DNA of 64,000 nucleotides from Erysipelothrix sp. (GTDB taxonomy: Bacteria > Bacillota_I > Bacilli_A > Erysipelotrichales > Erysipelotrichaceae): positions 110,370 to 174,369 of the forward strand of contig JAGXRX010000014.1 of NCBI GenBank assembly GCA_018335655.1, written 5' to 3'. Below, one piece after another: positions 19,860 through 27,992 of the stretch. A program made the position numbers and the translations under genes. Below the pieces are notes generated by a model. That model made no database searches. It worked only from the letters and a program-made list of their open reading frames with translations, and was not told the DNA's origin. Position 1 is the stretch's first letter. Each line of letters starts with the position of its first letter.

Positions 19860-20105
19860 ATGAGACTAGGAAAAGTAATTGGGAATGTAGTATCATCCAA
19901 AAAAGTAGATGAATTGATGGGTATGAAATTGTTGACTGTCGAGCTACTCCACTCCACCAAGAAAGATGTTGTCATTGCAGTGGATAAAGTTGGCGCAGGC
20001 ATTGGGGATGTAGTAATTGTTACCCAAGGATCTGCTTGTTCTAATGCTTTTGATAAGCAAAAGCCCATTGATGCTTGCATCGTAGGAATTGTGGACAATC
20101 AGTAG
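19860..20105 (+). CDS. BMC-P pentameric vertex protein (EutN/PduN/CcmL family)
   Basis: 81 aa, with MRLGKVIGNVVSSKK...GAGIGDVVIV typical of PF03319. AGGAGG RBS. Confidence 0.92.
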   Translation: MRLGKVIGNVVSSKKVDELMGMKLLTVELLHSTKKDVVIAVDKVGAGIGDVVIVTQGSACSNAFDKQKPIDACIVGIVDNQ

Positions 20106-20106
20106 T

Positions 20107-21264
20107 ATGCAACCAAAACTAACAGTCTTGGCAGTTAGAGATCCTGCAATCAATGTGTATGTTGATTCGAAGTTTCAACTGTTACAGAAATTTTATGATG
20201 CTTATAATATTGAGGTAGATTTTCAAATTATTGAATGGGATCAATATTATCCTTCACTGATGGAAGTTTTTGAAGGAAAAAGAAAAGCTGACATTGTAAT
20301 GGTCGCAGGTCATTTTTGGTTACGTGATTTTGTCAATAAAGGTTTTTTAGCACCAGTAAATTATCCGAATTCAGCGGAATATTTTCAAGAAGACATATTG
20401 CCAGTCATTGCTGATGAGATGAGAATCGACGGTCAGACTTATTTATATCCATCTTTCTGTGATGGCCATATCATTTGTTATCGAAAATCTTTTGTTACAA
20501 ATGCATTAGGCCAACAGATTCCACAAGTCATCACAACCGATCAATACTTAGAGATATTAAGTACCTGTTCTACTCATCCAGACTTTAAAGGGATTTCATT
20601 TAGAGGTTCTTCGTCAGAAATATTTCTAGATGCACTTCCTTTTATGAGAAATCGAGGCATAGAAGTGTTTGATTCTTTCGGGAATATTCACTATGACGTA
20701 ACAAAGATGGTGAATGCACTTAATGACTATTTAACTTTAAAGTCTTATACAAGAAAAGAAGTTTCAACCTATGGTAACGATGAAGTGGCAAAGGATATTA
20801 AAGAGAATTTAGTATCATTTGGTGTCACCTGGGGTGGTCAACTAGGTGTTATTCTAGACGATGATTGCATAGATAAAGAAGATATAGAATTTGCAACTTT
20901 TAATACAGCATGGAATGTGACATGGAGTTTTGGTGTCGTTAATCTATCTTCACAGAAGCAAATGTGTGAAACATTTTTAGCCTACATTACAAGTCAAGAA
21001 GTCGATCGAATTGTTGGTAGTTATGCAGGATCGCCGGTAAGAAGAAGTACTTACATGCTAGATCAATCATTGTACCCATGGTATCCAATGCATCTTGAAC
21101 TCATCAATACTTATGGAAAACCACTGCCAAGTGTTTATGATGCAGGAACATTGCTCGGCGTGTTTTATCGACGAATCCATCAAGCTTTGATTCAAGAACT
21201 TTCGATAGAAGATGCATCCATTGCGATCGATAACGATCTTAAGTCAATACTTAAAGGAGAATGA
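20107..21264 (+). CDS. Solute-binding-protein-fold (family 1, MalE-like) protein lacking any signal peptide or lipobox
   Basis: The N-terminal lobe pattern is LTVLAV...LLQKFYDAYNIEVDFQIIEWDQYYPSLMEVFEGKRKADIVMVAGHFWLRDFVNKGFLAPVN. There is no hydrophobic leader. The ATG at 20107 comes right after the BMC-P stop. Confidence 0.6.
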   Translation: MQPKLTVLAVRDPAINVYVDSKFQLLQKFYDAYNIEVDFQIIEWDQYYPSLMEVFEGKRKADIVMVAGHFWLRDFVNKGFLAPVNYPNSAEYFQEDILPVIADEMRIDGQTYLYPSFCDGHIICYRKSFVTNALGQQIPQVITTDQYLEILSTCSTHPDFKGISFRGSSSEIFLDALPFMRNRGIEVFDSFGNIHYDVTKMVNALNDYLTLKSYTRKEVSTYGNDEVAKDIKENLVSFGVTWGGQLGVILDDDCIDKEDIEFATFNTAWNVTWSFGVVNLSSQKQMCETFLAYITSQEVDRIVGSYAGSPVRRSTYMLDQSLYPWYPMHLELINTYGKPLPSVYDAGTLLGVFYRRIHQALIQELSIEDASIAIDNDLKSILKGE

Positions 21265-21266
21265 GT

Positions 21267-22598
21267 ATGAAAGTGATTATCATCGGTGGTGTTGCTGCTG
21301 GAATGTCAGCTGCATCCAAGTTTCGCCGATTAAATCAAGAAGCTGAAATTGTTGTGTATGAAAAAGGTGGAACATTGTCTTATGGTGCATGTGGATTGCC
21401 TTACTTTATATCAGATGTCAATCAAGATGCGACGTTAATGCTTGCTAAAAGTCAAGAAGACTTTTTGAAGATGAACATTATTTGTCACTTATTTTGTGAA
21501 GTCGTTAAACTAGAAACAAACGATAAGAAGATTTTAGTTAAAAATCATAAAACAGGTCAGTTATTTATGGATCAATATGATCAACTCGTTATTGCAACAG
21601 GTGCATCTCCAATTGTTCCGCCATTTTTGAATGTTCACCTAGAAAATATTAAAACACTTAAAAGTTATGAAGATGGGTTTGCTATCAAAGAGATTCTAAA
21701 AAGACCAGAAATCTCAAAAGTAGCTATCATCGGTGGTGGATATATTGGTGTTGAAATGGCAGAAGCCTGTATTGAACTAAAAAAAGAAACTCGACTTATT
21801 GAGCTTATGCCAAGAGTGCTAACGTCGTTTGACAATGAATTTTCTGAAATGGCACAAAATGAGATGATTCAACATGGTCTACTTGTTTCACTCAATGAAA
21901 AAGTCATCTCATTTAAAGGAGATACTCGTGTTCGCTCTATCGTGACAGATAAAGGTGAATATCCAGTTGATTTTGTTCTAATGTCAGTAGGGATTAAACC
22001 CTCACTAGATTTTTTGAAGGATGTTGTAATTAATCGAGCTAAAAACGGTGCCATTGTAATTGATCGTGAGGGAAGAACTAGTGTTCCTGATATTTTTGCA
22101 GCTGGTGATTGTGCTGAAATCTATCATATGGCGAAGCAAGAGAATGCTTATATCCCACTTGGTACAACTGCGAATAAAATGGGTCGAATTGTTGGCGAAA
22201 ATCTGAATGGAAAACACAAAAAATATATTGGAGCACTTGGTTCTGCAGCCATTAAAGTGTTTGATATGGATTTTGCTCGCACTGGTCTTAGTGAGAGTGA
22301 AGCTACACAATTAGCAATCGAATATCAAACAGTGATGGTGAAAGTAAACAATCATGCAAGTTATTATCCCAATCCAACGCCAATTTGGATGAAACTTATT
22401 GTTGAAAAAGACTCTAGTATCATTATTGGTGCACAAGCTGCAGGTGCTAAAGATGTGGTTTTACGCATCGATATGCTAGCGATTGCGATTCAAGCAAGAA
22501 TGACATCTGAGGATGTTGGTTTTGCAGATTTATGTTATGCACCTCCTTTTGCAGGAGTGTGGGATGTGGTGAATGTAGCTGCAAATGCAGTAAAGTAG
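21267..22598 (+). CDS. Pyridine nucleotide-disulfide oxidoreductase, CoA-disulfide reductase / NADH oxidase family
   Basis: N-terminal FAD motif VIIIGGVAAG, a single redox Cys in SYGACGLPYF, and a second Rossmann motif IIGGGYIGVE. There is no rhodanese extension. The ATG at 21267 is preferred (AAAGGAGA RBS). Confidence 0.85.
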   Translation: MKVIIIGGVAAGMSAASKFRRLNQEAEIVVYEKGGTLSYGACGLPYFISDVNQDATLMLAKSQEDFLKMNIICHLFCEVVKLETNDKKILVKNHKTGQLFMDQYDQLVIATGASPIVPPFLNVHLENIKTLKSYEDGFAIKEILKRPEISKVAIIGGGYIGVEMAEACIELKKETRLIELMPRVLTSFDNEFSEMAQNEMIQHGLLVSLNEKVISFKGDTRVRSIVTDKGEYPVDFVLMSVGIKPSLDFLKDVVINRAKNGAIVIDREGRTSVPDIFAAGDCAEIYHMAKQENAYIPLGTTANKMGRIVGENLNGKHKKYIGALGSAAIKVFDMDFARTGLSESEATQLAIEYQTVMVKVNNHASYYPNPTPIWMKLIVEKDSSIIIGAQAAGAKDVVLRIDMLAIAIQARMTSEDVGFADLCYAPPFAGVWDVVNVAANAVK

Positions 22599-22607
22599 GT
22601 GAATGTA

Positions 22608-23423
22608 ATGAGTAAGGTAACAAATATTGAAGAGGCAGTACGACTTGTGCAAGATGGCATGATGCTTGGATTGGGTGGCAATGTATTGCATCGTAGTCCT
22701 ATGGCTTTTGTGCGTGAAATTGTTCGTCAAAAACGAAAGAATCTACGAGTTGTCAAAACAGCAGGTGGGCATGATGTGGATGTCTTAGCTGCATTCAACT
22801 GCTTGAAAAGCGTTGATGCAGGATTCATTGGTTATGAAACCGGATTTGGGCTAGCAAAATTCTATCGAAAAGCTGTTGAAGACGGTACTATTCAAGCGAA
22901 TGAACATGCTTGTTACACGGTAATGAGTGCTTTGCGTGCAGCGATGGCGAATGTCGGATTTATGCCTATTAAAGGTATGGTGGCTGGGGATTTAATTACA
23001 CAAAATGATTACTTTAAAATCATAGAAGATCCATTCACTCGTGAAAAAATCACGGTTGTCAAAGCAATAACACCTGATATTGCGATTCTTCACGTGCAAG
23101 AAGCGGATGAAGATGGTAATGGTTTTATCTTTGGTCCAAAATACGATGACATTTTATTATCCAATGCTTCCAAAAAAATCATCCTAACAACTGAGAAACT
23201 AATTCCTAAATCACGCAGTGCTATGAATTTCAAAAACGTCGATATTCCAGGATTTCTTGTAAGTGCGGTGGTTGTTGCGCCACGTGGAGCTATGCCTGGA
23301 AGCTGCGATGTGATGTACGATGTGGATTCTAAAGCACTCAAAGATTTCTTGAGCATTTCTGATTTAAAGGAACTTAATCTTTATTTACAAAAGTATGATC
23401 ATCAAGATCATCAATTTCGATAG
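22608..23423 (+). CDS. Family I CoA-transferase-like protein, subunit A (GctA-like)
   Basis: EAVRLVQDGMMLGLGG start and a length and pattern typical of glutaconate CoA-transferase alpha subunits. Confidence 0.75.
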   Translation: MSKVTNIEEAVRLVQDGMMLGLGGNVLHRSPMAFVREIVRQKRKNLRVVKTAGGHDVDVLAAFNCLKSVDAGFIGYETGFGLAKFYRKAVEDGTIQANEHACYTVMSALRAAMANVGFMPIKGMVAGDLITQNDYFKIIEDPFTREKITVVKAITPDIAILHVQEADEDGNGFIFGPKYDDILLSNASKKIILTTEKLIPKSRSAMNFKNVDIPGFLVSAVVVAPRGAMPGSCDVMYDVDSKALKDFLSISDLKELNLYLQKYDHQDHQFR

Positions 23424-23435
23424 GAGGTAACTGAG

Positions 23436-24173
23436 ATGCAAAATTATAATAAAAGCAAATCTATCCATCCTGCAGATGTGATGATTTTACAACTTGCAGC
23501 AGCAATTGAAGATCATGAAACCGTATTTCACGGAGTTTCGTCACAGCTTCCAATGATTGCAGCAAAGTACGCTAAAGCGAAGCATGCACCTAACTCGACG
23601 ATTTTAAATATTCCAGGTGGAGTGAATTCTAAAAGCCGTAATTTATCATCTTATTCTTCAGCAGGTAAAGAAGAGTGGTATGATAGTGAATCCATTTTTC
23701 CGCTTGAAAAAGTTTTTGATTTATCGATGAGAGGCAAGTTAGATGTGGCATTTCTAGGTGGAGTTCAATTTGATGAGTTTGGTAACGTCAATGCTTCAGT
23801 TATTGGAGACTACCGCAAACCTAAGGTTCGCTTACCTGGTGGTGCAGGAAGTGCTGTGTTGATTCCGACTGTAAAGAAAGCACTTATTTGGCGAACTAAA
23901 CATGACAAAAAGACATTTGTTCCGAAGGTAGATTTTGTGACTACTCGAGGGAATGTCTATAGAATTGTTACACCGTTGTGTACCTTTGGACAAGTTGGTG
24001 GAAAACTAGTGGTTCTCGAAATAAGTCCTTTATCTTCTAAACAAGAAGTTATTGAAAATACTGGGTTCTCTTTATCTCTTGATAATGTTTCGATTGGAGT
24101 GCTACCAACACAAGCTGAGTTGTTGCTTATTCGAAAAATAGATCCTCAAGGTCTTCGATACCTAGAATTCTAA
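23436..24173 (+). CDS. Family I CoA-transferase-like protein, subunit B (GctB-like), catalytic Glu apparently not conserved
   Basis: GGVQFDEFGNVNAS and LPGGAGSA blocks are as in GctB. At the position of the VESG catalytic Glu, this protein reads NIPGG (alignment by eye). Confidence 0.7.
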   Translation: MQNYNKSKSIHPADVMILQLAAAIEDHETVFHGVSSQLPMIAAKYAKAKHAPNSTILNIPGGVNSKSRNLSSYSSAGKEEWYDSESIFPLEKVFDLSMRGKLDVAFLGGVQFDEFGNVNASVIGDYRKPKVRLPGGAGSAVLIPTVKKALIWRTKHDKKTFVPKVDFVTTRGNVYRIVTPLCTFGQVGGKLVVLEISPLSSKQEVIENTGFSLSLDNVSIGVLPTQAELLLIRKIDPQGLRYLEF

Positions 24174-24196
24174 GTCAGTGGTGTTCACTGACTTTT
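24172..24196 (+). terminator. Intrinsic terminator closing the BMC operon
   Basis: AGTCAGTG gtgtt CACTGACT stem followed by a T5 run, immediately after the CoA-transferase B stop. Confidence 0.8.
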
Positions 24197-24291
24197 TCTT
24201 TTCTAGTTTTCGTGAATAATCAATTGCTTCAAGCTTATTACAACGAAACAAATAAAAACAACAAAAAACCAAAAAAATAACGAAAGATATA

Positions 24292-24320
24292 TTGCAAAAT
24301 GCAGAGTTTCAATGTATAAT
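24292..24320 (+). promoter_or_regulatory. Candidate sigma-A promoter of the ABC-importer/mtnK/mtnA operon
   Basis: TTGCAA (24292-24297), a 17-nt spacer, then TATAAT (24315-24320). Confidence 0.65.
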
Positions 24321-24322
24321 TC

Positions 24323-24337
24323 AGTTAAGCGCTTACA
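24323..24337 (+). promoter_or_regulatory. cre-like palindrome (possible CcpA site) just downstream of the -10
   Basis: AGTTAAGCGCTTACA compared with cre WTGNAANCGNWNNCW: the central AAGCGCTT and the right half match, and the left TG is mismatched. Confidence 0.4.
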
Positions 24338-24365
24338 ACATTTGTTGTGATAGCAAGGAGGAAAA

Positions 24366-25436
24366 ATGAGAAGATTTATATTGAGTTTAGTAACATTAAT
24401 GATGGTTTTAGCTCTAGCTGCATGTTCTGGCACAACAACTGAGAAATTCTATGAAGGAGCTCCAGGTGCGTTAGGAGAAAAAGAAGGTCGTATTAAAATT
24501 GCGGTTATTCGTAACTTAGGTGCGGACGAGCATACAGCACAATTTCTAGCAGGTGCAAAAGAAGAAGGTGAATCATTAGGATTTGTGGTCGATACTTTCA
24601 CTACAAACGGTGATGATGCACGCTTCGAAGATGTATTTAATCAAGCATTAACAGGTGGTTATGATGGAATTATTGTTTCACATGGTCAAAGCAATGCAGA
24701 AGCTTTAATTAAACAAGCAGTTGAAGCTGGAATTCAAGTTGTTACATTTGACACTGCTGGTGTAGTTGCGAATGTTACATCTACAGCTCAAGATGATATG
24801 TCTTTAGCTAGAGAATCACTACAAGCTTTAGTTGATGCATTCCCAGGAAAAACTCCAAAGATCTTCAAAATGTGGATTGCTGGATTCCCTCCAATGGAAC
24901 GTCGTGAAGTTGTTTATAGAGAATTTGTGAATGCTGGCAAAATCGAAGAAATCGCATTTGTCGGAGAAGTTGGAGACTTTACTAATATTGCTGGCTTAAA
25001 TGCAGACGCAATTGGATCACTACTTACACGTTATGGTGTTGGTGAAGTTGATGCTATTTGGGCTTCATGGGATGCATTTGCTACAGGTGCATTTACAGCT
25101 TTAAAAGAAAATAGTCGTACAGAAGTTAAAATTTATGGAATCGACGTATCCAATGCTGATTTACAAATGATGCAAGAAGCGAATTCTCCATGGGTGATGA
25201 CAGCTGCTGCAGATGCTAAACTAGTAGGAACATTGAATATGAGAATCTTAGCTAAGAAATTGGCTGGAGAAACGACTCCTGCAACATATGAAATCCCAGC
25301 AACAACTATTTATCAAGATGATTTGATGGAAGCTGGCGGAACTGTTACAGTTGCTACCCTTGAAGAAGTATATGATACTTGGGGCAAATCAGATGAATTC
25401 AATGAATCTTGGATGGATGCTTTAAGAAACAAATAA
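24366..25436 (+). CDS. Sugar ABC transporter substrate-binding lipoprotein (ribose/RbsB-type, periplasmic-binding-protein type I fold)
   Basis: Lipobox LALAAC. The pattern KIAVI...AGAKEEGE...DGIIVSHG is typical of RbsB/LsrB-like binding proteins. Confidence 0.85.
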   Translation: MRRFILSLVTLMMVLALAACSGTTTEKFYEGAPGALGEKEGRIKIAVIRNLGADEHTAQFLAGAKEEGESLGFVVDTFTTNGDDARFEDVFNQALTGGYDGIIVSHGQSNAEALIKQAVEAGIQVVTFDTAGVVANVTSTAQDDMSLARESLQALVDAFPGKTPKIFKMWIAGFPPMERREVVYREFVNAGKIEEIAFVGEVGDFTNIAGLNADAIGSLLTRYGVGEVDAIWASWDAFATGAFTALKENSRTEVKIYGIDVSNADLQMMQEANSPWVMTAAADAKLVGTLNMRILAKKLAGETTPATYEIPATTIYQDDLMEAGGTVTVATLEEVYDTWGKSDEFNESWMDALRNK

Positions 25437-25442
25437 GATCTG

Positions 25443-25470
25443 AAAAGGGAGAGGAAAACCTTTCCCTTTT
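25443..25470 (+). terminator. Intercistronic hairpin after the binding-protein gene (partial terminator/mRNA stabiliser)
   Basis: AAAAGGGAGAGG aaaa CCTTTCCCTTTT stem followed by a T-rich tract. This is a common way of over-expressing the SBP relative to the membrane components. Confidence 0.55.
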
Positions 25471-25495
25471 TCTTCAATTATAGGAAGGTGATCCA

Positions 25496-27016
25496 ATGAA
25501 TAATTTTGAGTTAAGCATGAGAAATATCACAATTGAATTCCCAGGCGTCAAAGCTCTCAACGAAGCAAAGTTAGATGTTCGTCATGGTGAAATTCATGCC
25601 TTGATTGGAGCAAATGGTGCTGGAAAATCAACAATGATGAAAGTCCTTTCGGGTTCATATACTCACTGGACTGGAGACATGTTTTTAAATGGAGAGCATA
25701 TCAATATCCGATCCGTCAAAGATGCAAAATCTCTTGGAATCGAAACAGTCTATCAAGAGGTTGATGTTGCTTTAATTCCTTATCTTTCTGTTGCAGAAAA
25801 TATCATGATCGATGAAATGATTATGGATATGCATGGAAAGCACTTTGTTAATTGGAAAGAAATTTCCAATAAAGCAAAAGCTGTTTTAAAGAAGCTCAAT
25901 GTCAATCTTCGTGTAAATAAAAAAGTTGAACATTGCACCTTAGCAGAGAAGCAGATGGTGCTTATTGCTCGGTCCATATCTAGAAATTGCAAATTGCTTA
26001 TTTTGGATGAACCAACTGCGCCTTTATCAAATAAAGAGGCAGATGAGCTATTCAGAATTGTGAAAGATTTAAGAGATCAAGGCGTTGCGATAGTCTTTAT
26101 ATCGCATCGATTGCCTGAAATTTTCAGTCTTTGTGATCACATTACAATTATGCGTGATGGTAAACACATTGTTGATATGCTAATTAAAGACACCAATCAA
26201 AAACAGGTTGTTGAATTTATGCTTGGTAGAAGTTTTGAAGAAAACTATCCAAAATATGAGGCAGAAATTGGTGATATTGCGTTTGAAGTTGTATCACTTT
26301 CAGACCGAAAAATGCTAAAAGATATTTCGATGCATGTTCGCAAAGGTGAAATCGTTGGAATAGCAGGATTAGTTGGTGCAGGTAAAACAGAACTCTGTAA
26401 AGCACTTTTTGGTGCTGAATCCATCCTTAGTGGTCAAATCAAAAAAGATGGACAGGTTATCAGTATTAAAAATCCAACTCAAGCAGTAAGACACAAACTT
26501 GCACTTGTTCCAGAAGAAAGAAGAAAAGAAGGTGTTCTTGTTGCCGAATCTGTTTATAAAAATCTAACACTTCCATCCATCCAACAATTTTCTAAATACA
26601 TGTTCATGTTACTAAGTAAAGAGCGAAAAGTTGCAAAAGAAATGATTCATGATTTAGGTATTAAAACTCCTACAGAAAATCAGAAGGTCAAAAATCTCTC
26701 AGGTGGTAATCAACAAAAAGTTGTTGTTGGAAAATGGTTAATTGCAGATGCAGATTTATACATTTTCGACGAACCAACCAAAGGTGTTGATGTGGGTGCA
26801 AAGAAAGACATCTTTGAACTAATTGGACGATTAGTCAATCAAGGGAAATCAGTCATCTATGCATCCTGTGAAAATGCAGAATTACTTAGTATTACAGATC
26901 GCATTTATGTGATGTATGATGGGCGGATTGTTCAAGAAGTTAAGACAAAAGATGCATCTGAAGATGAAATCTTATATTATTCTGCAGGAGGAAATAATTA
27001 TGAAAGACAGATTTAA
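25496..27016 (+). CDS. Sugar ABC transporter ATP-binding protein with duplicated ATPase domains (RbsA/MglA type)
   Basis: Two Walker A sites (GANGAGKST; GLVGAGKTE), an LSGGNQQK signature, and 506 aa. Confidence 0.9.
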   Translation: MNNFELSMRNITIEFPGVKALNEAKLDVRHGEIHALIGANGAGKSTMMKVLSGSYTHWTGDMFLNGEHINIRSVKDAKSLGIETVYQEVDVALIPYLSVAENIMIDEMIMDMHGKHFVNWKEISNKAKAVLKKLNVNLRVNKKVEHCTLAEKQMVLIARSISRNCKLLILDEPTAPLSNKEADELFRIVKDLRDQGVAIVFISHRLPEIFSLCDHITIMRDGKHIVDMLIKDTNQKQVVEFMLGRSFEENYPKYEAEIGDIAFEVVSLSDRKMLKDISMHVRKGEIVGIAGLVGAGKTELCKALFGAESILSGQIKKDGQVISIKNPTQAVRHKLALVPEERRKEGVLVAESVYKNLTLPSIQQFSKYMFMLLSKERKVAKEMIHDLGIKTPTENQKVKNLSGGNQQKVVVGKWLIADADLYIFDEPTKGVDVGAKKDIFELIGRLVNQGKSVIYASCENAELLSITDRIYVMYDGRIVQEVKTKDASEDEILYYSAGGNNYERQI

Positions 27017-27980
27017 GAAATTTAACTTTTTCGAATTTCTTTACAACTATGGCACAGTATTTACCATTTTCATTATGTTTGGTTTCTTTGCGGTCGTCAC
27101 GAATGGACGATTTCTACAATCAGGTAATTTAATCAACATACTTCGTGCAATGTCAATCGTCACGATTATATCAACTGGAGTGACAATATCTTTAGTTGTA
27201 GGTGGATTTGACTTATCAGTTGGATCGGTTGCATCAATGACTATGGCAATTGGTATTGCCATGTTTGTTTGGTATGATCAAAATATCATTGTTGCGATTG
27301 TTGCGGCACTCCTTGCAGCGGTTGTAATTGGGTTGGTTAACTCATTTATGATTATTAAATTTAACATTCCAGACATGCTTACAACCCTTTCTGCGATGTT
27401 TATATTTAACGGAGTCTCCACAACCTTCTCAAAAGGGAAAATTATTTCACAAAATATGATTATGTCAGATGGAAGTACATCCACAGGACTTATCCCTCAA
27501 GTGTTTAGAAACTTCGGGTCAGTTCCACAAATTATCATTATCATGGCAGCACTCGTGATAGTTGTTCATATTTTCCTCACTTTCACAAAACACGGAAGAT
27601 ATATGTATGTGGTTGGTGGCAATCCAGAAGCTGCTAGACTTTCTGGTGTTAATGTTCATAAGTACAAAACCATTGCCTATATTTTCTCAGCTATGCTAGC
27701 AGGTATTGGTGGTTTGTTATTGGCAGCTCGAATTGGTCAAGCAAATCCATCCGCAGGTGCAGGCTATTTAATGGAATCAGTTGCTGCAGCATTTATTGGA
27801 TTTTCATTTCTCGGAGCAGGTAAACCTAATGCGATTGGGACGTTTGTTGGAGCTCTTATGATGGTCTCATTATCAAACGGTCTTGTCATGATTTCGGTTC
27901 CATATTACTCCATGGACATAATAAAAGGTGTTGTGTTAGTATTAGCCTTAGCATTAACTTATTACAGAAAAAAGGATTAA
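27000..27980 (+). CDS. Sugar ABC transporter permease (RbsC/BPD_transp_2 type)
   Basis: Multi-TM protein with the conserved GGFDLSVGS block. ATG at 27000 behind GGAGG; the longer ORF from 26916 overlaps the ATPase gene. Confidence 0.88.
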   Translation: MKDRFKKFNFFEFLYNYGTVFTIFIMFGFFAVVTNGRFLQSGNLINILRAMSIVTIISTGVTISLVVGGFDLSVGSVASMTMAIGIAMFVWYDQNIIVAIVAALLAAVVIGLVNSFMIIKFNIPDMLTTLSAMFIFNGVSTTFSKGKIISQNMIMSDGSTSTGLIPQVFRNFGSVPQIIIIMAALVIVVHIFLTFTKHGRYMYVVGGNPEAARLSGVNVHKYKTIAYIFSAMLAGIGGLLLAARIGQANPSAGAGYLMESVAAAFIGFSFLGAGKPNAIGTFVGALMMVSLSNGLVMISVPYYSMDIIKGVVLVLALALTYYRKKD

Positions 27981-27992
27981 GGAGGATTTCAA

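Noticed and set aside
18051-20153. Alternative-frame and antisense ORFs across the shell-gene cluster (18051-18242, 18082-18342, 18797-19060, 19391-19615, 19781-20098, 19944-20153)
   Set aside because: All overlap genes with unmistakable BMC-H, PduL or BMC-P sequences and good RBSs. None has its own signals.
24203-24433. 76-aa minus-strand ORF spanning the intergenic region before the ABC binding-protein gene
   Set aside because: It runs through the A/C-rich promoter region and the signal-peptide codons of the SBP gene. It is better explained as regulatory DNA.
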